A stretch of DNA of 64,000 bases from an uncultured Gemmataceae bacterium (GTDB lineage: Bacteria; Planctomycetota; Planctomycetia; Gemmatales; Gemmataceae): the NCBI GenBank assembly GCA_963750165.1, contig CAVVPN010000003.1, positions 2,176,001 to 2,240,000 of the forward strand. The letters are read 5' to 3'. The notes under the pieces were generated by a model that did not search any database, was not told the DNA's origin, and saw nothing but the letters and a program-made list of their open reading frames with translations. The translations under genes and the position numbers were made by a program. Shown here in pieces: positions 38,153 through 47,821 of this stretch (its first letter is position 1; the number at the start of each line of letters is the position of its first letter).

Positions 38153-40744
38153 ATGCCAGGGGATCGGTTCCGTTCGCGAACGACCCGCACCGCCGTCGTC
38201 ACGCTTCTGACACTGCTCGGCGTCCCCGCCGTCGCCCAGGCCCAGCCGCAGATGGGCAATCTGTTGCCGACGCCGCGCCTCACCGTGCTGTCGCCCGCGG
38301 GCGGCAAGGCCGGCACCACTGTGGAAGTCATCATCACCGGCACCGACCTCGACGCCCCCGAGGCGCTGCTGTTCAGCCACCCCGGCATCAAGGCGACGCC
38401 GATCATCTCGTCCGAACCCCTGCCCAAGCCCGATCCCAAGAAAACCAAGAAAAAGCAACCCGGCAAGGCGGCGCCAGGCGGCAAGTTCACGGTCACCATC
38501 GCCGCCGACGTGCCGCCCGGCAACCATGACGCGCGCTTCGTCGGCAAGCACGGTGTCAGCAATGCCCGCGCCTTCGTCGTCGGCGACCTGCCGGAAGTCC
38601 TGGAACAGGAGCCGAACAACGACATCGACCAGGCGCAGAAGGTCGAATTGAACGCGACGATCAACGGCACCATCAGCGCCCCGACCGACGTGGACTATTA
38701 CCAGTTCAACGGCAAGAAGGGCCAGCGCGTCATCGTCCACTGCCTTGGCGCGAACATGGACAGCCGGTTAATGCCGGAACTGCGACTGCTCACGGCCGCG
38801 GGCAAGGAACTCGCCTACCATCGGCCGGCGCCCGGCAGCGACGGCCTGCTCGACTACACGCTGCCGGAGGACGGCACCTACCTCGTGCGCCTCTGCCAGT
38901 TCACCTACACGCAGGGCAACGCCGATTATTTCTACCGCCTGACCATTTCGACGCGGCCGTGGATCGACGTGGCCCACCCATCCGCGCTCGAGCCGGGCCG
39001 CACCACGGCGGTCACGCTCCACGGCCGCAACCTGCCCGGCGGCAAACCCGACCCCAGCGCCGTCATCGACGGCCGCGTGCTGGACAAGCTGGTCGTCCAG
39101 GTGACGGCGCCGAACGATGCCCAGGCACTGCAGCGGCTCAGCTACAGCGGCCACCTGTCGCCGTTGAACGCCATGCTGGACGGCTTCGAGTATCGGCTGC
39201 GCGGCGCGGCTGGCACGTCGAACCCCGTGCTGCTGACGTTCGCCACCGCCCCCGTGGTGCTCGACAACGACGACAACCATACGCAAGCCGCCGCCCAGCA
39301 GGTCAACGCCCCCTGCGAGATCGTTGGCCGGCTCGACAGGAAGCGGCTGCGCGACTGGTACAGGTTCACCGCCAAGAAGGGCACGGTCTACACCATTGAG
39401 GTCTTTAGCGAACGTCTTGGCGCCCCGACGGACATTTTCGCCAGCGTCCGCAACGGCACCGGCAAGGACGTGACCGAGATGGCGGCGCTGGACGACGACC
39501 AGACGACGCTGAGCCCGACGCACCTGTACACGGTCACGCGCGACCCAACGCCGTACCGCTTCGTGGCGCCGGCGGACGGCCCCTATTTCATCGTGGTCGG
39601 CAGCCACTTCGGCGACACGTCCGCGGGGCCCCACCACGTCTACCACGTCCGCATCAGCCCGGAGCGGCCGGACTTCCACGTCCTGGTAACGCCGCCGGAC
39701 ACGTACCGGCCGGACAGCCTGCTGCTGTACAAGGGCGGCGACCGCTACTTGACGGCGTTCGTGCAGCGCCGCGATGGCTTCAAGGGCGAGGTGACGCTCA
39801 CCGCCGAGGGTTTGCCGAAGGGCGTGACCTGCAGGCCGCAGGTGGTCGGCCCGAACCAGAAGCAGACGCACCTCGTCTTCAGCGCCGCGAAGGACGCGGC
39901 ACCGCTGGTGAGCCCGTTCACCATCAAGGCCAGCGCCAGCATCAACGGCCAGACGGTGGTGCGCGCGGCGCGGGCAGTGGGCACCACCTGGCCGGTGCAG
40001 CCGCAACAGAACATCCCGACCATTGCGCGGCTCGACCGTCAGTTCGTGCTGGCGGTGCGCGACCTGCCGCCGTGGCGGCTGACGCTGGGCAAGGACAGCG
40101 CGGTGATCGTTCACGGCAACAAGTTGACGATCCCGGTGAAGGTGTCGCGGCTGTGGCCGGACTTCAAGTCGCCGGTGCAGATCCAGCCGATCCCGACCGA
40201 CTTCCCGCAGGGCGTGACCTTCGGCCCAGTGAACCTGCCGCCGGGCAAGGACGACGGCAGCCTGGTGCTGAACATTCCGACGAATGTGCAGCCGGGCAAG
40301 TACAACATCGTCTTCACCAGCTTCGCCCCGGTGACGTACAAGGACGCGAAAGGCAAAGCGAAGCAGAACGTCAACACCGTCCTGCCGTCCACCGCCCTGG
40401 AGTTGACGGTGCTGCCGAAGCAGGTGGCGTCGCTGTCGCTGGGCAGCGGCAACCCCAGCGTCAAGGTCGGCAACCAAACGGAACTGCTCGTCAAGGTGAC
40501 GCGGCAGTTCGATTACGCCGGCGAGTTCAAGGTGCAGCTGGTGCTGCCGCCGAACACGCAGGGCATCAGCGCCGACCCCGTGACCATCAAGGCAGGCGAG
40601 AACGAGGCGAAACTGATCCTGCGGGCAGCGGCGAACGCCACCGTGGGCGCCCGGCCCAACCTGACGGTGCGGGCGGTCGCGGTCGTCAACGGCAATGTGA
40701 ATCTGACGCACGAAACGAAATTGAATGTGAATGTTGTCAAATAG
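38153..40744 (+). CDS. Secreted PPC (pre-peptidase C-terminal) domain protein, planctomycete type
   Basis: LSPAGGKAGTTVEV, EQEPNN, DVDYYQF repeated Ig-like modules. Confidence 0.8.
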   Translation: MPGDRFRSRTTRTAVVTLLTLLGVPAVAQAQPQMGNLLPTPRLTVLSPAGGKAGTTVEVIITGTDLDAPEALLFSHPGIKATPIISSEPLPKPDPKKTKKKQPGKAAPGGKFTVTIAADVPPGNHDARFVGKHGVSNARAFVVGDLPEVLEQEPNNDIDQAQKVELNATINGTISAPTDVDYYQFNGKKGQRVIVHCLGANMDSRLMPELRLLTAAGKELAYHRPAPGSDGLLDYTLPEDGTYLVRLCQFTYTQGNADYFYRLTISTRPWIDVAHPSALEPGRTTAVTLHGRNLPGGKPDPSAVIDGRVLDKLVVQVTAPNDAQALQRLSYSGHLSPLNAMLDGFEYRLRGAAGTSNPVLLTFATAPVVLDNDDNHTQAAAQQVNAPCEIVGRLDRKRLRDWYRFTAKKGTVYTIEVFSERLGAPTDIFASVRNGTGKDVTEMAALDDDQTTLSPTHLYTVTRDPTPYRFVAPADGPYFIVVGSHFGDTSAGPHHVYHVRISPERPDFHVLVTPPDTYRPDSLLLYKGGDRYLTAFVQRRDGFKGEVTLTAEGLPKGVTCRPQVVGPNQKQTHLVFSAAKDAAPLVSPFTIKASASINGQTVVRAARAVGTTWPVQPQQNIPTIARLDRQFVLAVRDLPPWRLTLGKDSAVIVHGNKLTIPVKVSRLWPDFKSPVQIQPIPTDFPQGVTFGPVNLPPGKDDGSLVLNIPTNVQPGKYNIVFTSFAPVTYKDAKGKAKQNVNTVLPSTALELTVLPKQVASLSLGSGNPSVKVGNQTELLVKVTRQFDYAGEFKVQLVLPPNTQGISADPVTIKAGENEAKLILRAAANATVGARPNLTVRAVAVVNGNVNLTHETKLNVNVVK

Positions 40745-40858
40745 TCATTAGTCATTAGTCATTAGTCATTAGTTATCAGGGATCCCGTTCAGGACAAATG
40801 CTCAGGTTTGGACGGGATCCTGATGACTAATGACTAATGACTAATGACTAATGACTAT
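40741..40858. repeat. Heptamer tandem-repeat hairpin (TAGTCAT)n...(ATGACTA)n, STRR-like
   Basis: 4-5 heptamers per arm plus inner GGATCCCGT/ACGGGATCC; includes the TAG stop of the PPC gene. Confidence 0.88.
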
Positions 40859-40872
40859 TCCGGAGGAATCCC

Positions 40873-42279
40873 ATGCGTTCCCTGCTCGCGTTGACACTGG
40901 TGGCGCTGGTGCCGTTGACGGCGCCGGCCCAGGGCAAAAAGAAGGCCGAAGAAAAGCCACTGCTGGTCGTGGATCTGAAGCGCAGCGACACCGTGGCGTA
41001 CGAGAAGGAGGTCGAGCCGATCCTCCTGAAGCGCTGCGTCGCCTGCCACAGCGGCCCGGTCAAGGAAAGCCGTTTCGACATCAGCACCTACGAATCGCTC
41101 GTGAAGGGTGGCAAGCGCGGCGTTGCCGTCGTGCCCGGCAAGGCCGACAGCAGCCTGCTCTACAAGTCGATCATGCGCACCCACAAGCCGTACATGCCGC
41201 CCCAGGGCGAGGGCGATATCACACCCAAGGAAGCGGCCACCATCAAGCTGTGGATCGACCAGGGCGCCAAGGCCCCCACGGGCATTCGCGTCAAGGAGAA
41301 GATCATCGTCGGTCTGCCGCCGGCCAATGTGACGCCGGTTCGCGCCGTCGCCGTCAGCCACGACAAGTCGATGGTCGCCTCGGGCCGCTCCAATCAAATC
41401 CACATTTACGACGCCGGCTCCGGCACCTACATTCGCTCCTTCTACGATCCCGACGCGAAGACGCCGGACGGCAAGGTGGTCAAGGCGGCGCACCTGTCGC
41501 TGGTCGAGTCGCTGGCGTTCTCGCCGGACGGCAAATTCCTGGCGAGCGGTAGTTTTCAGGAGGTGTCGCTGTGGGACGTGCAGACCGGCAAGCTGCGCAA
41601 GAAGCTGACCGGCTTCGCACACATGGTCGTGGCCGTGGCGTTCAGCGCCGACGGCAAATTCTTCGCGACCGGCGGCGGCGCTCCGACGGAGGACGGCGAG
41701 GTCAAGGTCTACGAGGCGGACACCTGGAAGTTGGTGACCGAGATCAAGAACGGCCACAGCGACACGGTGTACGGCCTGTGCTTCAGCCCGGACCACAAGA
41801 AGATCGCGACCGCCAGCGCCGACAAGTTCGTCAAGGTGTGGGAACTGCCGAGCGGCAAGTTCATCAAGTCGTTCGAGGGCCACACGCATCACGTGCTCGA
41901 CGTGGGCTGGATGGCCGACGGCAAACTGCTGGCCAGCGCCGGCGCCGACAACACCGTCAAGGTGTGGGACTACGAGAAGGGCGAGCAGGCGCGGACGATC
42001 AAAAACGTCCACAGCAAACAGGTGACGCGGCTGATGTTCATCGGCAAGACCTCGCAGGTGGTGACGTGCAGCGGCGACGCCACGGTGAAGTTCGTCAATG
42101 TGCAGAGTGGCGGCGTGACCCGCAACTTCGCCGGCAACACGGATTTCGTGTACGCGGTGAGCGTGTCGCCGGACGGGGCCATCGTCGCGGCCGGCGGCGA
42201 GGAGGGCGTGGTGCGCGTCTACAACGGCACCAACGGCCAAATGCTGCGGACGCTGGTGCCGCCGGGTGAGAAGAAGTAA
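40873..42279 (+). CDS. Planctomycete cytochrome c domain plus WD40 repeats
   Basis: Signal peptide; EVEPILLKRCVACH...MPP...IKLWIDQGA; WD40 repeats. Confidence 0.88.
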   Translation: MRSLLALTLVALVPLTAPAQGKKKAEEKPLLVVDLKRSDTVAYEKEVEPILLKRCVACHSGPVKESRFDISTYESLVKGGKRGVAVVPGKADSSLLYKSIMRTHKPYMPPQGEGDITPKEAATIKLWIDQGAKAPTGIRVKEKIIVGLPPANVTPVRAVAVSHDKSMVASGRSNQIHIYDAGSGTYIRSFYDPDAKTPDGKVVKAAHLSLVESLAFSPDGKFLASGSFQEVSLWDVQTGKLRKKLTGFAHMVVAVAFSADGKFFATGGGAPTEDGEVKVYEADTWKLVTEIKNGHSDTVYGLCFSPDHKKIATASADKFVKVWELPSGKFIKSFEGHTHHVLDVGWMADGKLLASAGADNTVKVWDYEKGEQARTIKNVHSKQVTRLMFIGKTSQVVTCSGDATVKFVNVQSGGVTRNFAGNTDFVYAVSVSPDGAIVAAGGEEGVVRVYNGTNGQMLRTLVPPGEKK

Positions 42280-42367
42280 CACCACAAAGACACAAAGAAA
42301 CACAAAGGAAGACAGCGAGATTATTTCTCACCTGTCTTCCTTTGTGTTTCTTTGTGTCTTTGTGGTG
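42280..42367. repeat. 36-bp perfect inverted repeat of CACAAAGNN nonamers between convergent genes
   Basis: Arms 42280-42315 and 42332-42367; same family as 61888-62000. Confidence 0.88.
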
Positions 42368-42375
42368 AATCCGTT

Positions 42376-42990
42376 TCAGGCAACCGCCGGGCACAGGTGC
42401 GCCCGCAGCTTGCGAATCGCCTTGTACTTCTCGTCGCTGACGCGCTCCGGCGCCAGCGCCAGCCGGTCGGCGATGTCCTGCACCGACCAGCCCTCAAAAC
42501 TCAGCTGCAAAATCTGCCGCTGCCGATCGCTGAGCAGTTCGCTCGCCGCCTGCTCCACCGCCTCGCGCTCGTCGGCCCGCTGCCGGGCGCCCGGGTCGCG
42601 GTCGTCGCCGACGACGCCCAGCAACTGCGTCGTCCGCTTGCAGCCGCGCTGCGTCCGCTTCTTCACCGCGTCGATGGCACGGATGAACTCGCGCCGCTCG
42701 TCGCCATCGCCCTTCAGCGCCGACTCCCACGACTCGGAGCCGATGCGCTGAAGCAAGCGGCGAAAGACCTCCTGCGTGCAGTCGTTCCAGGTGTCCGGCG
42801 GCAGGCGGGCGTTGCGCCAGCAGACGGTGCAGTAGCGACTGATGTCGTTGACGATCCGCTGATCCGGCGCAGCGGTTGCGGCTGCGGCAACGCCGGGCAG
42901 CGCGGGCAGCGCCGACAGGGCGGTGCCCAGCACCATCGCGACCATCAACGATTTACGGCGACGCACGGGGGCGGTTGGGGTGCTGTTCAT
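42376..42990 (-). CDS. ECF-type sigma-70 factor with hydrophobic N-terminal extension
   Basis: DCTQEVFRRLL (region 2) and LSDRQRQILQLSFEGWSVQDIADRL...KYKAIRKLR (region 4). Confidence 0.75.
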   Translation of the reverse strand: MNSTPTAPVRRRKSLMVAMVLGTALSALPALPGVAAAATAAPDQRIVNDISRYCTVCWRNARLPPDTWNDCTQEVFRRLLQRIGSESWESALKGDGDERREFIRAIDAVKKRTQRGCKRTTQLLGVVGDDRDPGARQRADEREAVEQAASELLSDRQRQILQLSFEGWSVQDIADRLALAPERVSDEKYKAIRKLRAHLCPAVA

Positions 42991-43140
42991 CGGACCACTA
43001 TTCTCCATCGGGGAACGAAAACGGACCTTCGTTCCTGATTCGGACAATCGGCCCTGGCGATCTCGCCGCCGACGGCCGAAAAAATTTCGTAAGATGACGG
43101 CACCCACATTTACCACCCACACCCTGCCGGAGTTACCGTT

Positions 43141-44025
43141 ATGAGCATTATATCACGCCGAGCCTTCCTCCGCACTACCGGCGCCACGACCGCCGCCGGC
43201 CTCGCTGCCGCGCCGACCGCCGCCGCCCAGGCGCAACCGCAGAAACAGCCGCTGCGCTTCCGCCTGGGCATCGTCACCTACAACATCGCCGCCGGCTGGG
43301 ACGTGCCGACAATTTTGAAGGTCTGCCGCGCCGTCGGCCTGGCCGCCGTGGAGCTGCGCACCACACACAAGCACGGCGTCGAGCCGACGCTGACCGGCGC
43401 CCAGCGCAAGGAGGTCCGCGCCCGCTTCGCCGACGCCGGCGTCGCCATCTGGGGCTGTGGCACCGTCTGCGAATTTCAGTCGCCCGAGCCGGCCGTCGTC
43501 AAGCAGAACATCGACACCTGCCGCCGCTTCGTTGAGCTGGTGGCGGACCTCGGCGGCCGCGGCGTCAAGGTGCGGCCCAACGGACTGCCGCCGAAGGTGC
43601 CGGTGCAGCAGACGTTGACGCAGATTGGCAAGGCCCTGGTGCCCTGCGGTGAGGCGGCGGCCAAGGCGGGCGTGGAAATCTGGGTCGAGGTCCACGGCAG
43701 AGGCACCCAGGAGCCGCGCAATATGCGCACCATCATGGAGGCGTGCGGCCACCGGAGCGTTGGCGTCACCTGGAACTCGAACGCGACCGATGTGGTCAAG
43801 GGCAGCGTGTCCGAGTCGTTCAAGCTGCTGCGGCCGTGGATCAAGTCGTGCCACATTAACGAACTGCACAGTGGTTATCCGTACCGCGAGCTGTTCCGGC
43901 TGCTGCGCGAGACGGGCTACGACCGCGTGACGCTGGCGGAGATTCCCGGCACCGCGGACGTGGCCAGCGGCGAACGGCTGCTGCGGTATTACCGGATGTT
44001 GTGGCAGGAACTGAACCGCGAGTGA
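43141..44025 (+). CDS. Tat-exported sugar phosphate isomerase/epimerase (TIM barrel)
   Basis: SRRAFL Tat motif; VELRTTHKHGVE, VKVRPNGL, VEVHG, CHINEL. Confidence 0.85.
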   Translation: MSIISRRAFLRTTGATTAAGLAAAPTAAAQAQPQKQPLRFRLGIVTYNIAAGWDVPTILKVCRAVGLAAVELRTTHKHGVEPTLTGAQRKEVRARFADAGVAIWGCGTVCEFQSPEPAVVKQNIDTCRRFVELVADLGGRGVKVRPNGLPPKVPVQQTLTQIGKALVPCGEAAAKAGVEIWVEVHGRGTQEPRNMRTIMEACGHRSVGVTWNSNATDVVKGSVSESFKLLRPWIKSCHINELHSGYPYRELFRLLRETGYDRVTLAEIPGTADVASGERLLRYYRMLWQELNRE

Positions 44026-44051
44026 GCGATCATGGGGGCGAGGTGCGCGGC

Positions 44052-44450
44052 TCACTCGCCGCACACCTCGCCCAGCACGTCCTCGGAGACGTAAATGGGC
44101 ACCTTGGCGGTGACGGCCAGGGCGATGGCGTCGCTGGGCCGGCAGTCCACCTCGACCATTTCGCCGCTCAGCTTGATGCGCAGTTTGGCGAAATAGGTGT
44201 GGTCCTTCAACTCGCTGATGACGATGTCCTGCAATTCGCCGCCCATGTTCTCGATGACATTGGCGACGAGGTCGTGGGTCAGCGGCCGCGGCGACGGCAT
44301 GCTTTTGACGCGCCGGTCGATGCTGGTCGCCTCAAAGATGCCGATGACGATGGGGAAGCTGCGGTCGCCGTCCACCTCCCGCAGCATGATCACCTGCTGG
44401 TCGTGGACCTCGTTGATGATGATCCGTTTCAATTCCATCTGGACCTGCAC
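44052..44450 (-). CDS. Bifunctional nuclease family protein (DUF151)
   Basis: FPIVIGIFEATSI, RPLTHDL, DCRPSDAIALA. Confidence 0.9.
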   Translation of the reverse strand: MQVQMELKRIIINEVHDQQVIMLREVDGDRSFPIVIGIFEATSIDRRVKSMPSPRPLTHDLVANVIENMGGELQDIVISELKDHTYFAKLRIKLSGEMVEVDCRPSDAIALAVTAKVPIYVSEDVLGEVCGE

Positions 44451-44796
44451 GGCAGCCTCTCTTTCGCCTGAGCGACGGCGCTGGGAACGGCAATGTATGA
44501 CGGCGGCGGGGCCGGGACTCTCGCCGCATTATAGAACTTCTCCGCAAAGCCGGTCAAGCGCGCCGCGCCGCGCCCACGACTTCTGTTGCAGCGGCCCGTC
44601 TCAGGGGCTATAGTTCTGATTAGGGCAGAAAATCCCTGCGCCGCGGAACCGAATCCCGGCCGGGCGCATTTACATTGCAGCGGCGGGTTTTGCTGCTATC
44701 CTGGGTGGGGGTGGGGTCGGCCACCGCGGCACGTTGAGAACCAGTCTGGCCAGTCCGCGGTCAGCGGTGCGGCCCAAGGAAACACGAGGTGGGCTC

Positions 44797-45552
44797 ATGG
44801 CCCTGGCACTTTCGATTGGCAAGTGTTCGGTTCTGGGCAATTATCGCGAAAACAACGAAGACGCGATCGAGGCCAAACAGTTCCCCGACATGACGGTGTG
44901 CATTGTCGCGGACGGCATGGGTGGCCAGGCGGCCGGCGAGATCGCCAGCAACCGGGCCATTGAAGTGCTGCCGCGCGAGTTGCGCCGCGGCCTGTCCCAG
45001 GCGACCACCGCCGAACAGGGCAAGGCCGTCATCCGCAAGTCCATCGTCCAGGCCAATGAAGAAATCATGGCGATGGGCGCCCTCGACCGCGATCTGCGCA
45101 ACATGGGCACGACGGTTGTGATGGCCCTGTGGCGCAAGAGCGGCGAGCTGTTCATCGCCAGCGTCGGCGACAGCCGGGCATACCAGATTCGCGGCGGCCG
45201 CATTGAGCAACTCACGGTGGACCACTCGCTGGCGCAGGCACTGGTCGAGAACAAGACGATCTCGCAGGCCGAGGCACGCGAGCACCGCTTCCGCAACGTG
45301 CTGTGGAAGTACCTCGGCAGCAAGGAGGTCGGCGAGGGGCCGGATGTGCTGGTGGTGCCGTTGCAGGCCGGCGACAAGTTCCTGCTCTGCACCGACGGCC
45401 TGTCCGGCGTCGTCTCCGATGATTTGCTGTTCAGCTACATTCAGGAGCACCCCGACCTGCAGGAGTGCGCCGAGGGCCTGTGCCAGCTGGCCCTGGACCA
45501 CGGTTCCCGCGACAACGTCTCGTGCATCGTCATCGAGGTCGTGGAGTCGTAG
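44797..45552 (+). CDS. PP2C-family Ser/Thr protein phosphatase
   Basis: RENNED, VADGMGG, MGTT, VGDSRAY, LCTDGL, GSRDNVS. Confidence 0.93.
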   Translation: MALALSIGKCSVLGNYRENNEDAIEAKQFPDMTVCIVADGMGGQAAGEIASNRAIEVLPRELRRGLSQATTAEQGKAVIRKSIVQANEEIMAMGALDRDLRNMGTTVVMALWRKSGELFIASVGDSRAYQIRGGRIEQLTVDHSLAQALVENKTISQAEAREHRFRNVLWKYLGSKEVGEGPDVLVVPLQAGDKFLLCTDGLSGVVSDDLLFSYIQEHPDLQECAEGLCQLALDHGSRDNVSCIVIEVVES

Positions 45553-45807
45553 ACAAAGACCAATCACGAAAACACGAACGAACGAAAACACGAAAAAGAC
45601 CCGTTTTTTGACACTCAGGTCCAGGGCGAGCCGCTGTTCCAGAAATCTTCCACAACGGCGACACGCTGGTGGTGCCGGACGTGTTGCCCGGTTTTTCCGT
45701 GCCGGTGCTGCGCCGGTTCGAGTGACGGCGTCCGTTTTCGCTCCGGGCCGGGCCGCGGTCGCTATAACGACTCCTGAAGCCAGCGCAAGTTCTCAGGAGT
45801 AGCCACC

Positions 45808-47247
45808 GTGAGCGAGTACCGCACCGAACGCGATTCCATGGGCGACGTGAAGGTCCCGGCACAGGCGTACTACGGCGCCCAGACGCAGCGCGCCGTCGAA
45901 AATTTCCCGATCTCCGGCCAACCGCTGCCGCGCCGCCTGATCCACGCCCTGGGCCTGGTCAAGGTCGCCGCCGCGGTCGCCAACCGCGATCTCGGCAAAC
46001 TCAAGGCCGCCATCGCCGAGCCGATCATCACTGCCGCCCGCGAGGTCGCCGCCGGCAAACACGACGACCAGTTCCCCATCGACGTTTACCAGACCGGCTC
46101 GGGCACCTCGTCGAACATGAACGCCAACGAGGTCATCAGCAACCGCGCCATCGAGCTGACCGGCGGCGACCGCTTCGACTCCAAAAAGCCCATCCACCCC
46201 AACGACCACGTCAACATGGGGCAGTCCACCAACGACATGTTCCCCACCGCCATCCATGTCGCTGTCGGCCAGGCCATCTCCAAGGAACTGATGCCAGCGC
46301 TGAAGCGGCTGAACGAGGTGCTGGAGGAGAAGGCGAAGAAGTGGGACGCCATCATCAAGATCGGCCGGACGCATCTGGCGGACGCGACGCCGATCCGGCT
46401 GGGCCAGGAGTTTTCCGGCTACACGCGGCAGCTGGAGTTGTCGCGGGAGCGGACGGTGCGGGCGCTGAACGCGGTGCGGGAACTGCCGGCGGGCGGCACC
46501 GCGGTCGGCACCGGCATCAACACGCACCCGCAGTTCGGCGCGAAGGTGGCCCAGGCGCTGGCGCAGGAAACCGGCGTCGGGTTCGTCGAGGCCAGGAATC
46601 ATTTCGAGGCGAACGCCAACCGCGACGGCCTGGTGGAGTGCAGCGGTCAACTGCGGACGATTGCGGTGACGCTGTTCAGCGTGGCGAACAACATCCGCTG
46701 GCTGGGCAGTGGGCCGCGCTGCGGTTTTTACGAGGTGATGCTGCCGGATCGCCAGCCGGGCTCGTCGATCATGCCGGGCAAGGTCAACCCGGTCATGTGC
46801 GAGAGCATGATGCAGGTGTGCGCCCGGGTGATCGGCAACGACCAGACCGTGGCCTTCGCCGGCGCCACCGGCGGCCAGTTCGAGCTGAACATCATGATGC
46901 CGATGATGGGCAAGGTGGTGCTGGAGAGTGTGGTGCTGCTGGCCTCCTGCACGCAGGCGTTCGTGGAGTTTTGCGCGTTGGAAATGGAGGCGAACGCGGA
47001 GGGCTGCACGCGGCAGGTGGAGCAGAGCCTGGCGATGGTGACGAGCCTGAATCCGCTGATCGGCTACGACACCGCCGCGGCCATCGCCAAGGAGGCGTTC
47101 AAGAGCGGCAAGACGGTGCGCGAACTGTGCCGCGAGAAGATGGCGGCGGGGACGCTCAAGAAGAAGGAGGGCGGCGCCGTCGTGACCGAGGCAGAGTTGA
47201 CCGCGGCGCTGGACCCGCGGGCGATGACGGAGCCGTCGAAGGCGTGA
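45808..47247 (+). CDS. fumC: Class II fumarate hydratase
   Basis: RTERDSMG, QTGSGTSSNMNANEV, GRTHLADATP, GSSIMPGKVNP. Confidence 0.95.
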   Translation: MSEYRTERDSMGDVKVPAQAYYGAQTQRAVENFPISGQPLPRRLIHALGLVKVAAAVANRDLGKLKAAIAEPIITAAREVAAGKHDDQFPIDVYQTGSGTSSNMNANEVISNRAIELTGGDRFDSKKPIHPNDHVNMGQSTNDMFPTAIHVAVGQAISKELMPALKRLNEVLEEKAKKWDAIIKIGRTHLADATPIRLGQEFSGYTRQLELSRERTVRALNAVRELPAGGTAVGTGINTHPQFGAKVAQALAQETGVGFVEARNHFEANANRDGLVECSGQLRTIAVTLFSVANNIRWLGSGPRCGFYEVMLPDRQPGSSIMPGKVNPVMCESMMQVCARVIGNDQTVAFAGATGGQFELNIMMPMMGKVVLESVVLLASCTQAFVEFCALEMEANAEGCTRQVEQSLAMVTSLNPLIGYDTAAAIAKEAFKSGKTVRELCREKMAAGTLKKKEGGAVVTEAELTAALDPRAMTEPSKA

Positions 47248-47260
47248 ACCCGTCTGGACT

Positions 47261-47759
47261 GCCGCTTGCGGCTTACGCGCGCTGCAACCCTTCTGGAGCG
47301 CGTTGCGTTCGGGTGTCGCGGGTTCTTCGCCCCGAAGGGGCGGGACAACTTAGCCCAGGGCAACGCCCTGGGGACGCCGATGCGACCCCACCTTCTCTCT
47401 TCCGTGTCCTGAAGGGGCACCACAAGCGTTGTTGTGGTGCCCCTTCAGGGCACGGAAGAAAGTAACAGTCGCCTCCCTGGTTCCCAGGGCGTTGCCCTGG
47501 GCTAAGTGGTCCGTACCGCAATTAACTGGAGGGTTGCGGGATCGTTCGTAGGACGGCTCTCCAGAGCCGTCCCGGCGTGAGCGGGACGGCTCTGGAGAGC
47601 CGTCCTACGGTCCCAGGCCGTCACCCCCAACCCTCCAGTTAATTGCGGTACGGACCACTAAGTTGTCCCGCCCCTTCGGGGCGAAAGACACGACCGCTAC
47701 AGTCGTCTGCGAACCGCGCTAACGTCAGAAGGGTTGCAGCGCGCTAAGCCGCAAGCGGC
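47261..47759. repeat. Nested stack of inverted repeats and REP elements
   Basis: Outer GCCGCTTGCGGCTTA..GCGCGCTGCAACCCTTCTG arms; inner CGCCCCGAAGGGGCGGGACAACTTAGCCCAGGGCAACGCCCTGGG element at 47326-47685 with central hairpin 47408-47449. Confidence 0.85.
47507..47657. mobile_element. MITE-B: 151 bp, 30-bp TIR TGGTCCGTACCGCAATTAACTGGAGGGTTG, CTAAG duplication, internal GTAG-REP doublet
   Basis: Perfect TIRs 47507-47536 and 47628-47657; CTAAG at 47502-06 and 47658-62; removal restores the host element's right arm. Confidence 0.9.
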
Positions 47760-47821
47760 GGTCCCTGGCAGGCCAGCCGTGATTGAATAACGTGATCCAC
47801 AACTATCAAGGAGACCCATTC

